Shown piece by piece: positions 21,033 to 31,272 of a stretch of DNA of 64,000 nt. Numbering within the stretch: the first letter of the stretch is position 1; the number at the start of each line of letters is the position of its first letter. The translations under genes and the position numbers were made by a program. A model generated the notes under the pieces. That model did not search any database. It had not been told where the DNA came from and saw nothing but the letters and a program-made list of their open reading frames with translations. The DNA comes from Bdellovibrionales bacterium (GTDB lineage Bacteria; Bdellovibrionota; Bdellovibrionia; Bdellovibrionales; JAUICD01), in the NCBI GenBank assembly GCA_965197425.1, contig CBDANC010000013.1:32001-96000 (forward strand), written 5' to 3'.

Positions 21033-21952
21033 AAGCCACAAGAGCAAGTTTTGGCGAAGCTTTACTAGAATATGGAGGAGCTAACAAAAATGTAGTTGTC
21101 TTAGATGCAGATCTTTCAAAAAGTACAAAGTCAGCAAGCTTTGCAAAAAAATATCCGGACAGATTTTTTCAAATGGGAATACAAGAAGCCAATATGATAG
21201 GCGTAGCATGTGGTATGGCATTTGACGGAAAAATTCCATTTCTCTGCTCTTTTGGAGCTTTTTTAACAGGAAGGTTCGACACAATCCGATTAAGCGTCGG
21301 ATACTCGAATGCAAATGTTAGACTCATAGGAACACATGCAGGAGTAGGAGTTGGTGAAGATGGAACATCTCAAATGGCACTAGAAGATATAGCATGTATG
21401 AGATCCATACCTAACATGAACATTCTATCTCCTTCCGATGATCTGGAAACCAAACAAATGATTAAATATCTAATACAAGAACACAAAGGACCCGCCTATG
21501 TACGCTTAACCAGACAGAATGTTAATACTGTTTTTAACAAAGATTATAAATTTTGTTTTAATAAAATAACTAACTTAACACAAGGTGGAGATGCAGCTGT
21601 ATTTGCAACAGGAAATCAAACAAGTCTGGCAATGGATGCTTACAACAAGCTAAAAGAAGATGGTATAAGCATATCTGTAAATAATGTTCATACAATAAAA
21701 CCACTAGATACCTCTTTTATAAAAGAAATAATAAGTAATTATTCTTATATTTTTACGGCAGAAGATCACAATATAATAGGAGGGCTGGGTAGTGCTGTAG
21801 CAGATGTGATGAGTGAAATAGGCACAAGCTCAAAATTAACTAAAATAGGTATCCCCGATGTGTTTGGAGAAAGCGGAACACAAACTGAACTTTACAAAAA
21901 ATATGGCCTAGACGCTTGTGGTATAGCAAATACTATCAAAACAACCCTATAA
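21029..21952 (+). CDS. transketolase, C-terminal subunit
   Basis: DADLSKST, GIQEANM, GEDG, EDHNIIGGLGSAV; overlaps the N-terminal subunit gene. Confidence 0.92.
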   Translation: MKATRASFGEALLEYGGANKNVVVLDADLSKSTKSASFAKKYPDRFFQMGIQEANMIGVACGMAFDGKIPFLCSFGAFLTGRFDTIRLSVGYSNANVRLIGTHAGVGVGEDGTSQMALEDIACMRSIPNMNILSPSDDLETKQMIKYLIQEHKGPAYVRLTRQNVNTVFNKDYKFCFNKITNLTQGGDAAVFATGNQTSLAMDAYNKLKEDGISISVNNVHTIKPLDTSFIKEIISNYSYIFTAEDHNIIGGLGSAVADVMSEIGTSSKLTKIGIPDVFGESGTQTELYKKYGLDACGIANTIKTTL

Positions 21953-22007
21953 AAATAGCTAAGTATATTTTTCTAAACAGAATTTATTTTAATCTTACTA
22001 AGTGCTA

Positions 22008-22571
22008 TTATTTTGGGTAAGAGATTAATTTATTGAAAGGTAAGTATCGTTTTGGATCTATAACAGTTTTGTTGTGCATTAATTCAAAATGTAGGTGAGT
22101 CCCAGTAACAACACCTGTACTACCCATAGTACCAATAACATCCCCTCTTGAAACAAACATTTTTGCTTTAGCTAGGTTTTTATCTAAGTGTGCATATAAT
22201 GTAGCCCAACCTTTTCCACTATCCAAAAGCACCATTTTTCCATAGCCACTATACCCGTTGCCACTATAGATAACATATCCACTGTGGGCTGCTAAAATAG
22301 GTGAACTGTGGGCCCCTACTATGTCAATCCCATGATGTCCTTTTTCATAACCTCTTGAAACTGTGGTCCCAATACCAACAGGCCAAGAAATTAAAGTATA
22401 GTCCTCTTCTTCTGCTGGCATTACTTTTTCTAGCCCATTAAGCCTAGAATTTTTTTTATCAGCAGAGGAGCAAGCTGTTGTGATAGAAAAAAGCAAACAT
22501 AATTTAGTGATCGATCTTAACAATTGTTCTTCCCCATGTTTTTCTCTCAAGCATTTTAGCAAAGACCTCAT
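22008..22571 (-). CDS. M23 family metallopeptidase (lipoprotein-like)
   Basis: HHGIDI, YAHL, HLHFE; true start probably downstream of 22571. Confidence 0.88.
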   Translation of the reverse strand: MRSLLKCLREKHGEEQLLRSITKLCLLFSITTACSSADKKNSRLNGLEKVMPAEEEDYTLISWPVGIGTTVSRGYEKGHHGIDIVGAHSSPILAAHSGYVIYSGNGYSGYGKMVLLDSGKGWATLYAHLDKNLAKAKMFVSRGDVIGTMGSTGVVTGTHLHFELMHNKTVIDPKRYLPFNKLISYPK

Positions 22572-23493
22572 CTAGCTCATCTAGGCTTATTTCATTATAT
22601 ATGTCCAAACAATCTGGCTTTAGTTCATTTGCCAGTTTTGACCAAATAGATTTTTTTAACTCCATATCACAATTATTTGAACTTATTCCCAATATACTAA
22701 CACCTCTTAGTATAAACGGCATAACGGTAGTATTGATTTTGAAACCAGAAGCTAGACCAACGGACGCAATATTACCCCATAAATTTATGTGCGGTATTAA
22801 GCTTGTCAATACATCACCACCTAGATTGTCAACCGCTCCCCCAAACATTCCTTTGCCCAAAGGTTTTAAAGCGTCTAAGTTCAGTTTACCTAATGTAGTA
22901 ACTTTAGAAGCGCCTAATTTTGTTAAAAAATCAAACTGTTCAAGTTTAGAAGTCATAGCAATGACTTCATATCCAAGTTTACTAAATAGATTTATAGCAA
23001 AAGATCCAACACCTCCGGTTGCACCTGTTACCAAAATAGGACCCTTGTCAGGACTCTGTCCATTTACCAGCATTCTGTGTACACAAAGTGCAGCGGTAAA
23101 ACCAGCGGTACCCAGTATCATAGATTCTTTTAATGTCAAACCATCAGGTTTTTTTATAAGAAATTTTTGGTGTATATTTACAATTTGAGAATATCCCCCA
23201 TCTATAATCTCACTTAAACCATTACCGTTTGCCAAAACCTCATCACCAGGTTTAAATTCATCAGATCCACTGGATAAAACCACACCTGAAAAATCAATTC
23301 CTCCATTTAAAGGAAATTTTTTTAAAATTCTTCCTTTACCTGTTCCAGCAAGAGCATCTTTATAATTTACACTGGAATATATTACCTTTACCTGAACATC
23401 TGCTTTAGGTATATCAGAAGAGTCAATGTAAACCACCTTTCCTTTAGAACGGAAAGCAACATCATTATCAATTCTATAGCATTTTACTTTCAT
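22504..23493 (-). CDS. YhdH/YhfP family oxidoreductase (AcuI-like)
   Basis: YSSVNYKDALA, GTAGFTA, VTGATGGVGS, TTVMPFILRGV. Confidence 0.9.
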   Translation of the reverse strand: MKVKCYRIDNDVAFRSKGKVVYIDSSDIPKADVQVKVIYSSVNYKDALAGTGKGRILKKFPLNGGIDFSGVVLSSGSDEFKPGDEVLANGNGLSEIIDGGYSQIVNIHQKFLIKKPDGLTLKESMILGTAGFTAALCVHRMLVNGQSPDKGPILVTGATGGVGSFAINLFSKLGYEVIAMTSKLEQFDFLTKLGASKVTTLGKLNLDALKPLGKGMFGGAVDNLGGDVLTSLIPHINLWGNIASVGLASGFKINTTVMPFILRGVSILGISSNNCDMELKKSIWSKLANELKPDCLDIYNEISLDELDEVFAKMLERKTWGRTIVKIDH

Positions 23494-23496
23494 GAT

Positions 23497-24309
23497 TTAT
23501 GCTTGTATGTCGAACTCTCTTAGTGCAGAAGTAAGAGAAGTTTTTTTATCTGAACTTTTTGTCCTCTCACCTATTATCATAGCACATGGAATATAATAAT
23601 CACCGCTTGGAAAAGTCTTTTTCCTGGTGCCGGGGATAACAACAGAGTTTTTGGGAACTTTTCCCTTTATATACTTAGCTTCTTTTGATCTTACATCAAC
23701 AATAGGGGTACTCTTTGTTATGGTTACTCCAGCACCCAAAATGGCACCTTCTTCTATTATTACACCTTCAACTACAATACATCTACTTCCAATAAATACA
23801 TTGTCTTCTACCACAACAGGTCTTGCTTGTAGCGGCTCTAAAACTCCGCCTATACCTACACCACCAGATAAATGAACATTTTTACCAATACTAGCACAAC
23901 TACCAACAGTAGCCCATGTGTCAACCATTGTGCCACTACCTACACGAGCCCCTATATTGACATAACTTGGCATAAGTACAGCACTCTTATCTACATAAGC
24001 ACCATATCTTACCACTGCATGAGGCACCACCCTTACTTCATCCTTAGGCTCAAATTCTTTTACTGGAATTTTATCTAAAAAATGTAAATCACCAGCAGTT
24101 ATAGGTTTAATTTTGCTAAGTTTGAAATACAAAAGTATTGCCTTTTTAACCCACTCATTTACCTGCCAATTATCCTGTACTTTCTCACAAACCCTAATCT
24201 GGCCTTTATCCAGTGACTCAATGGTAGAAAACACCACATCTTTTGCAGACTCAGGGTTGTTAGTATCATATGCCTTATTTATAATTTCTTCTTTACTCAT
24301 TGCTACCAT
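23497..24309 (-). CDS. dapD: tetrahydrodipicolinate N-succinyltransferase
   Basis: WVKKAILLYF, MPSYVNIGA, GVGIGGVLEPLQA. Confidence 0.95.
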   Translation of the reverse strand: MVAMSKEEIINKAYDTNNPESAKDVVFSTIESLDKGQIRVCEKVQDNWQVNEWVKKAILLYFKLSKIKPITAGDLHFLDKIPVKEFEPKDEVRVVPHAVVRYGAYVDKSAVLMPSYVNIGARVGSGTMVDTWATVGSCASIGKNVHLSGGVGIGGVLEPLQARPVVVEDNVFIGSRCIVVEGVIIEEGAILGAGVTITKSTPIVDVRSKEAKYIKGKVPKNSVVIPGTRKKTFPSGDYYIPCAMIIGERTKSSDKKTSLTSALREFDIQA

Positions 24310-24952
24310 AGATTTCTTTAAGAGTGTTCAAAAGAGCTGGTAAATGAACTTTGATAATTTTCTCTACCTCAAGATCCCTTTGTATTTCATAAGTTATTAC
24401 AGGTATTCCCCTCTCTGTGCCATAAGTTCCGAGGTTACCAGGAGTTGGATATCCTATATAGTCCTTTATTTCATATCCAGTATATTTTTGTAATTTTTTA
24501 GCAAAACCTAAACAATCACCATTAATGTTTATCATTGGGTCGTAGGAGTGTAAGCTCACAATTATACTTGGCTTTTCTTTATCTATAAGCTTAGTCAGCG
24601 CTTTTGTCTCAGACTGATTGTTAGCTGATTTTCCAGGGTTATATCTAGGCTTTGCTATCTTGGGACTCCAATCTTTTGTAGGAAGATTTCTGTTTAAATC
24701 CACACCATTTGCATTTACCCTGGTTTTCATAAGCATTCCATCATAGTTAAGTACAGGTATTAGAGTTATATTTGCATTTATATTTGCTAGTTTACAGATA
24801 AGACCTGTGGCTAGTGCTATACCTTCATATTCATCACCATGAACTCCACCAATTATCAGTACATTAGGCCCTGAATTTTTAAACTTATGTGCCACTATAG
24901 GAATGTTGTTTTCTGTATTACCAATTATAAAACCCGAAAAATTAGAATCCAT
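24293..24952 (-). CDS. M14 family murein peptide amidase (MpaA-like)
   Basis: GGVHGDE, NANGVDLNRN, SLHS, IGYPTPG. Confidence 0.82.
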   Translation of the reverse strand: MDSNFSGFIIGNTENNIPIVAHKFKNSGPNVLIIGGVHGDEYEGIALATGLICKLANINANITLIPVLNYDGMLMKTRVNANGVDLNRNLPTKDWSPKIAKPRYNPGKSANNQSETKALTKLIDKEKPSIIVSLHSYDPMININGDCLGFAKKLQKYTGYEIKDYIGYPTPGNLGTYGTERGIPVITYEIQRDLEVEKIIKVHLPALLNTLKEIYGSNE

Positions 24953-25043
24953 AGTACATAACTATATATTGCTTACATCTTTTTAGATCAAATTAAAATT
25001 CTAAAACTTGAACTTAAACCTAAATTCTGCTTAATAGATACAA

Positions 25044-26243
25044 ATGAAAAAAATAACAGTGAAAAAATTTGGAGGAACCTCTTTAGGAACACTGGATAGG
25101 ATTGAGGATGTTGCAAAAAGAGTCCTGGAGGATAAAGCAAATCAAAATCCTGTTGTAGTCGTATCAGCTATGTCTGGAGAAACAAACAAGCTGGTTGATA
25201 TGGCAGATACAATGTATCCAGGATACCGAGGGCCTTGCTATGACATGATCTTGGCCTCGGGTGAACAAGTAAGTGTTGGATTGCTTTGCATGGCAATAGA
25301 AAAAGCAGGGGGAAGTGCAAAACCACTTTTAGCCCACCAGCTTGGTATTTTTACTGACAGTGTATTTTCAAAGGCTAGGATAACCAAAATAGAGACAGAT
25401 AAAATTAAAGACGCACTAAGCAAAGGACAAATACCTGTGATTGCGGGTTTTCAAGGGATAGACAACAATGGGAATATAACAACTCTAGGAAGAGGTGGTA
25501 CGGATACTTCTGCTGTGGCACTGGCCTGTTCTCTAAATACAGACGAATGCGAAATTTATACAGATGTACCAGCTGTATTCACTGCTGATCCAAGATTAGT
25601 ACACAACGCAAAAGAGGTGCACAAAATATCGTTTGAAGAAATGATGGAAATGGCAAGTTTGGGATCTAAAATTTTACACACCAGAAGTGTGGAGCTAGCA
25701 TCCAAATTTAAAATAAAAATACATGTAAGATCGACTTTTAAAAAAAGAAATGGTACATGGGTTGTACCAAAGGAATCTTATATGGAAGAATCTACAATCA
25801 CTGCTGTTACGCACGACACAAGCTCTGCTGTCATAAAACTCTACCCCCTACCCCTTGGAGTTCACATACTATCCGAAATTTTCAGTAAACTAGCTAAGGA
25901 AAATATAGTTGTAGATATAATCACACAAAGTTATAAAGATGAAAAACAAAGATTGGCATTTTCTGTATCTAAAGAAGACGCACCACACGCTCTAAAATTA
26001 CTAAAAAAAATGCTCCCTGATGTAGAAGCCACCCTAATGGAAAATGTTGCAAAGGTTGGTATTGTAGGCATTGGAATGAAGACTCATTTTGGAGTGGCTG
26101 CTAAGTTTTTTTCTACTTTTTCAGAAAACAATATTCCAATTCATTTGGTAACCACTTCTGAGATAAAAATAAGCTCAATAATAGACTTACAGCACTTGAA
26201 ACTTGCCGTGAATAGTTTGCACAAGTCTTTTAACCTATCTTAG
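25044..26243 (+). CDS. lysC: aspartate kinase
   Basis: KKFGGTS, VVSAM, TTLGRGGTD, ACT domains, TTSEIKIS. Confidence 0.95.
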   Translation: MKKITVKKFGGTSLGTLDRIEDVAKRVLEDKANQNPVVVVSAMSGETNKLVDMADTMYPGYRGPCYDMILASGEQVSVGLLCMAIEKAGGSAKPLLAHQLGIFTDSVFSKARITKIETDKIKDALSKGQIPVIAGFQGIDNNGNITTLGRGGTDTSAVALACSLNTDECEIYTDVPAVFTADPRLVHNAKEVHKISFEEMMEMASLGSKILHTRSVELASKFKIKIHVRSTFKKRNGTWVVPKESYMEESTITAVTHDTSSAVIKLYPLPLGVHILSEIFSKLAKENIVVDIITQSYKDEKQRLAFSVSKEDAPHALKLLKKMLPDVEATLMENVAKVGIVGIGMKTHFGVAAKFFSTFSENNIPIHLVTTSEIKISSIIDLQHLKLAVNSLHKSFNLS

Positions 26244-26250
26244 GAATGTT

Positions 26251-27417
26251 ATGGTCTATAAAAAAAACAAACTTTATTTATCTAATATTTGTCTGATAGA
26301 TCTAGTTAAAACTTACAAAGTTCCTATATATGTATATTCCAAAAAGATTATTTCAAATAATTTAACAAATTTTAAAAATGCATTTAAGGGTAAGGCTAAG
26401 ATTTTCTTTGCACTTAAAAGTAACTCTAACAAACAGATCTTATCTTTTTTAAAGTCAAAAGGTATTGGAATAGATGCTGTATCCTTAGGTGAGATAAAAC
26501 TTGCAATCTCAAATGGATTTCAACCTGCAAATATAATATTCTCAGGTGTAGGAAAAACTGAAGAAGAAATTAAGTTTGCAATTAAAACTGGCATTCAAAT
26601 CAATGTTGAAAGCCCTCAAGAATTAGAACGAGCTGGAAAACTTAGCCAAAAACTTAAAAAAAATGTTTTTATAGGTTTGCGTTTTAATCCGGATGTGAAC
26701 CCTGAAACTCATCCATATATTACTACAGGATTTAGAGAGAATAAATTTGGCATGGCCAATTATTTTATTCCAATATTGACCACCATTTTAAAAAAATACA
26801 AAACACTATCTTTAAGAGGGGTAACTTTGCACATAGGGTCTCAACTATTAAAGACAGATGTAATAGGAGAGGCTATCAAAAAAACCATACCAGTCTATAA
26901 GTACTTTCAATCCCTTGGATATGAATTGGACAGATTTAATGTAGGGGGAGGTATAGGGATTAAATATCAAAAAACAGATATTAAAGTCGACATTAATTCG
27001 TATGGAAAAATGATCCTAGAGCTTTTAAAAGATCTAGATTGTGATATTTGTTGTGAGCCTGGCAGGTATATAGTGGGAAATGCTGGTGTGTTGATAACCA
27101 GAATCGAATACATAAAACAAACTCCCTATAAAAATTTTGTAATAACAGACACAGGAATGCACCATTTTTTAAGACCAGCGTTGTATGGTGCGTACCATGA
27201 AATTCTCCCGCTAATAAAAACAAGAGGAGAAAAGATAATGTACGATGTGGTTGGGCCCATATGTGAGTCTTCTGACTTTCTAGGAAAAATGAGAGTTTTT
27301 AGTGGGATAAAACAAGGTGACTTTCTGGCAATAGCAAATACCGGAGCCTACGGATATGTCTTAGTCAACAACTATAACGAACATCCTAAGCCTAAAGAAA
27401 TATTCAAAAGCCTTTAG
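26251..27417 (+). CDS. lysA: diaminopimelate decarboxylase
   Basis: FALKSN, HPYITTG, HIGSQ, EPGRY, GPICESSD. Confidence 0.95.
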   Translation: MVYKKNKLYLSNICLIDLVKTYKVPIYVYSKKIISNNLTNFKNAFKGKAKIFFALKSNSNKQILSFLKSKGIGIDAVSLGEIKLAISNGFQPANIIFSGVGKTEEEIKFAIKTGIQINVESPQELERAGKLSQKLKKNVFIGLRFNPDVNPETHPYITTGFRENKFGMANYFIPILTTILKKYKTLSLRGVTLHIGSQLLKTDVIGEAIKKTIPVYKYFQSLGYELDRFNVGGGIGIKYQKTDIKVDINSYGKMILELLKDLDCDICCEPGRYIVGNAGVLITRIEYIKQTPYKNFVITDTGMHHFLRPALYGAYHEILPLIKTRGEKIMYDVVGPICESSDFLGKMRVFSGIKQGDFLAIANTGAYGYVLVNNYNEHPKPKEIFKSL

Positions 27418-27534
27418 TACAAGTGACCTTGGTATTGATCTTTATTGCAATTAAATAAATCTAGTCCAAAATCGGTACACAAAAGTTTATTTTCAAAACT
27501 ACAATATGCAATGGATTAAATTTGTGAGGTAGGT

Positions 27535-28215
27535 TTGGATTTAGATTTTAATCAAGTTAACTTTGGTGCGGAAGCAGAGCTAAATAATATAGAAGTAGAA
27601 AAATCTGGTGAACCCAGACTATACGATACACTAGAAGACTTTTTTAATTATAACTACAATGGAAACTGGAGTTTTGTAAAGTACCAAGGCCGTACCTCCA
27701 TGATCACTGGAGGGCGAGTAACAGGAGTAGGTACAAGTGAGGAAAGTTTACTTGGGTTTGGACACATTATAGGCCAGTACTTTCAGGTGCCATATGAACA
27801 GCTTCCACAAATTATGTTAGTGTCGACAACCAGTAAAGCAAGACACTATTATATACCTCAGGTAATAGATGGGTTGCAGGTTTACAACTCAGGAATTCAA
27901 CTATCTGTTGATCTGGAATCAAACTCCATATTTCAAATAGGAAGCACATTAAGAAATCCACAGAATATAGATGAATCTATACATGTGGACCAAATACATG
28001 CATGGGAAATTATAACAAGTTCATTTAAAGAATCTGTTATAAAACTAGATAGTCCCTATAAACCTGTGATCTACTCTGATTATGCAGTTTCAGGAGCAGA
28101 ATTAGCGTGGGTGTTTAAAATAAAAGTGCACTCACAAATAGACCAACAAAGAACAGTAGTAATCGGCGCTGCAACAGGCTTCATACTAGTAAACTCCAAA
28201 TTAGTAATACACTGA
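27535..28215 (+). CDS. hypothetical protein resembling an M4-peptidase propeptide (FTP/PepSY) without the catalytic domain
   Basis: QVIDGLQVY, LAWVFKI, VIGAATGFIL patterns; no HEXXH. Confidence 0.55.
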   Translation: MDLDFNQVNFGAEAELNNIEVEKSGEPRLYDTLEDFFNYNYNGNWSFVKYQGRTSMITGGRVTGVGTSEESLLGFGHIIGQYFQVPYEQLPQIMLVSTTSKARHYYIPQVIDGLQVYNSGIQLSVDLESNSIFQIGSTLRNPQNIDESIHVDQIHAWEIITSSFKESVIKLDSPYKPVIYSDYAVSGAELAWVFKIKVHSQIDQQRTVVIGAATGFILVNSKLVIH

Positions 28216-28219
28216 CCTT

Positions 28220-28533
28220 AAAGGTCTTCCGAACGAAGCCAAAAATAAGTGGACTTGTTCACTTTGGTTCAATTGGCTTACGAGATAAACCTTTATATTG
28301 TCCAATTGGATGAACCTCCTTTGCAGTCGGTTTTTCCAATTGAAATAACCTCCCTGCGGTCGGTTTTTTGACTGAGTGGTTGCCCAGCTTTGGAACAAGA
28401 TGCCAATCCCGTCACTAAAGGTAAGCTTAATGAGGCAAAAAACAAACAAAGCTTCACTTGATCCAACTGGCTATATTATTAAAATTTATATTTGCCCACT
28501 GAAAGAACCAGCAGAGCTGGTTTATTGGCCTCG
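28220..28533 (+). repeat. composite family 2 element with an internally duplicated X module and a second, partly inverted unit
   Basis: aaaggtcttccgaacg...ccaattgg x2...gttgcccagct...taaaggtaagcttaatgaggc. Confidence 0.9.
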
Positions 28534-28536
28534 TTT

Positions 28537-29187
28537 TTAAATACCTGTAGCTTGTAGTATAGGTTGTATGTTACTAAAATCTGAAATTCTGATCCCTTTG
28601 TAGCATGAGAAAATATTTTTGTTTAGATCATGTGCTCTGAGTATAAAAGCAACCCCAATTTTATTAGCAGTATCAAGATCAGTTTTAGCATCACCAATAA
28701 ACACAGTTTGTTTTTTATCTAGTTTATACTTATCTAAAATTTCGTTACACCAATCAACTTTATTTTTAGGCGAGCCACAGATTTCTTTAAAAAATTTATC
28801 TATTTCCAGTGCTTTGCAAATTTTTAAAAGTTCATGATGTGGAGTGCCTGAGATAATAGAAAAGTGCATTTGAGAATAATTTTTTGTTATAAAGGTTTTT
28901 ACTCCTTTAATAAACGGAGCATTCGATACATTAGAAACCACTAATTTTGAAAATCTATTAGAAAGAGCATCTATTTGTTCACCAGATAATTCTTGATTTA
29001 GTAATTTTTTATGATAGCTTTTAAATTTTTTTTGCCTGGCAATTCCACCCTCAGCAGTGTAATACTCAAAAACCTTATTAGCTACGTCATTTCCATATGG
29101 CTTATACAGTTCATAAAAAGCCCAAGCTTTAATCTCGTTGCTTTCTACTATTACACCATCAAAATCAAATAATATATTTTTTATCAT
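28537..29187 (-). CDS. HAD-superfamily hydrolase
   Basis: LFDFDGVI motif I, FIGDAKTD motif IV. Confidence 0.88.
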   Translation of the reverse strand: MIKNILFDFDGVIVESNEIKAWAFYELYKPYGNDVANKVFEYYTAEGGIARQKKFKSYHKKLLNQELSGEQIDALSNRFSKLVVSNVSNAPFIKGVKTFITKNYSQMHFSIISGTPHHELLKICKALEIDKFFKEICGSPKNKVDWCNEILDKYKLDKKQTVFIGDAKTDLDTANKIGVAFILRAHDLNKNIFSCYKGIRISDFSNIQPILQATGI

Positions 29188-29373
29188 AACCACGTCTTAT
29201 AAATAAGAAAAAATGTTAAGTACAATATATCTTAATTATTAAATATCTCAATTATTAAGGATTAAAAACTTGAAATTCTAGCTAAGGATTCTTATCCTAT
29301 TTTTAGCTATATGACAACATTGGTATACTTGTGTTAATAGTGTACTTTTGTTAAAATTTTAAAGGTATTAAAA

Positions 29374-30117
29374 ATGACAAAATTTAAAACACAAATAATT
29401 ATTCTAGCAATTTTGCTGGTCTCAGGCCCAGTTCATTCTTGGGAACCATCTTACTGGTTCGGCGGCGGCGGGATCGTGACAAATTACAGAGGTGATTTTT
29501 TTAATAGAACAGCTTCTGAACCACAATGGCCGATTAACCTGGGAATTACGGCTAACGTTGGAATAACTTTAGGTTTAACAGAATCCCTAGGTATACACAC
29601 ACAAACAGGCTTGTCTCATAACAGAGTAAATATATTTAATATCTCTGACTCTACCAACAAACGCAAAAGGGGTACTCAACTAGCAATGACATCGGTAGAT
29701 CTATCTCCTATGTTAAGACTCTACCTTACTGGCGTTTCACCAAATTTATATATTGGATTGGGATTTAATGTTTCATATCTAATTAAATGCTCAAAAGAGG
29801 GTTTTGATAAGGGAACAACGACTGATGAGTCTGGTGTACAAACTCTTAGTAACGAAAATTTTGTTTCCACAAATTGTTTAGATCCAAATATACAAACTAA
29901 TCAGGTTACACTTGATGTACCATGGTTACTGAAGAGATTTAATTTTGGCTTAACCGCAGGTGTTGGTATGGGCTATAGAAGCTCTGATAACATATACTTA
30001 TCTTTTGACTGTACCTACACATATGGGCTTAGTCCTTCCATAATAAGTGGAGCTCAATTTGGTAATCTTAAAACACAAAACATTTTGCTAACAGTAAATG
30101 TGGGTATTCCTATATAA
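29374..30117 (+). CDS. outer-membrane beta-barrel protein
   Basis: Signal peptide, amphipathic strands, FGLTAGVG, C-terminal LTVNVGIPI. Confidence 0.7.
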   Translation: MTKFKTQIIILAILLVSGPVHSWEPSYWFGGGGIVTNYRGDFFNRTASEPQWPINLGITANVGITLGLTESLGIHTQTGLSHNRVNIFNISDSTNKRKRGTQLAMTSVDLSPMLRLYLTGVSPNLYIGLGFNVSYLIKCSKEGFDKGTTTDESGVQTLSNENFVSTNCLDPNIQTNQVTLDVPWLLKRFNFGLTAGVGMGYRSSDNIYLSFDCTYTYGLSPSIISGAQFGNLKTQNILLTVNVGIPI

Positions 30118-30254
30118 AAGGTCTTCCCCAACACTGATTGAGCCTAGCAAACAAACCGACTTGTTGGTTTTTTGCTAGGCGAATTACGTTTTGACACAGC
30201 CACTTAAAGTCTAAAACGGAACTAAGACTTTTTGGCCTCGTTCGGAAGACCTTT
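30117..30254. repeat. two converging family 2 units (Y module on +, second unit on -)
   Basis: aaaggtcttcc at left end and ggaagaccttt at right end; ctgattgagcctagc...gctaggcgaattacgtt. Confidence 0.85.
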
Positions 30255-30263
30255 AATGTTATT

Positions 30264-31181
30264 TTATAAACCTTGTTTTTCTAACCATCTTTCTGCATCA
30301 ATGGCGGCCATGCAACCACTGCCTGCAGCCGTCACAGCTTGTCTATATACTGAGTCTTGTACATCACCTGATGCAAACACTCCATCTATAGAAGTATAAG
30401 TTGAGTTGTCTTTGGTTATGATATAACCATTTTCATTAAGTTTTAGTTGGCCTCTAAAAATTTCAGTATTAGGTACATGGCCTATTGCTATAAATAACCC
30501 CTGACATTTAAGAGTGGTAATTTTGTCACCACTTTTTAACTCCACTGCTTCAACACTATCCTTACCTTTAATGTCATGAATTTCAGAGTTCCATACTACA
30601 TCTATCTTTGGATTATTTATGGCTCTATCGGCCATAATTTTACTAGCTCTAAACTTATCTCTTCTATGGACAATATAAACTCTATTAGCAAATCTGGTCA
30701 AAAAATTTGCTTCCTCCATAGCTGTATCTCCTCCACCAACTACAACAACATCTTGATTTTTAAAAAAAGCCCCATCACAAGTAGCACACGCAGATACCCC
30801 TTTTCCCATTAATCTGGATTCTGATGGAAGCCCTAAAAATTTCGCATTAGCCCCAGTGGATAGAATCACACTATGTGAGTTATATTCCTTATCCCCTACC
30901 CAAACTTTAAAAGGTTGTACATTGAAATCTACTTTTGTAACATCACTTGTGATGTACTCCGTACCAAATCTGCCAGCCTGCTTTCTAAATACATCCATGA
31001 GTTCAGGGCCTGCTATTTTGTTTTCAAACCCTGGGTAGTTTTCCACATCAGATGTAATCATTAGCTGCCCACCTGCACTAAATCCTTCAATACAGAGTGG
31101 GTTCAAGTTAGCCCTGGCTGCATATATAGCAGCAGTTAAACCTGCAGGACCTGAGCCAATAATAATTACCTTATGAATCAT
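30264..31181 (-). CDS. trxB: thioredoxin-disulfide reductase
   Basis: GSGPAG, CATCDG, GGGDTAMEEA, YRQAVTAAGSG. Confidence 0.96.
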   Translation of the reverse strand: MIHKVIIIGSGPAGLTAAIYAARANLNPLCIEGFSAGGQLMITSDVENYPGFENKIAGPELMDVFRKQAGRFGTEYITSDVTKVDFNVQPFKVWVGDKEYNSHSVILSTGANAKFLGLPSESRLMGKGVSACATCDGAFFKNQDVVVVGGGDTAMEEANFLTRFANRVYIVHRRDKFRASKIMADRAINNPKIDVVWNSEIHDIKGKDSVEAVELKSGDKITTLKCQGLFIAIGHVPNTEIFRGQLKLNENGYIITKDNSTYTSIDGVFASGDVQDSVYRQAVTAAGSGCMAAIDAERWLEKQGL

Positions 31182-31272
31182 AGAGGAAGTTGTAATATCA
31201 GTAATACAAATTGTAAACAGTAAAACACCAAATAACTATAAAAAAGCAAAATTGCTCTTACACAAAGCAAGG

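Noticed and set aside
28220..28533. Integron attC sites or cobalamin riboswitch (GAAGACCT)
   Set aside because: No RYYYAAC/GTTRRRY ends and no integrase. The elements lie between housekeeping genes, and other B12-box features are absent.
30130..30190. Hammerhead ribozyme (CTGATTGAG-[stem]-CGAAT)
   Set aside because: The core has an extra base, reads GAAT instead of GAAA, and has no convincing stems I and III. An Infernal search would settle it.
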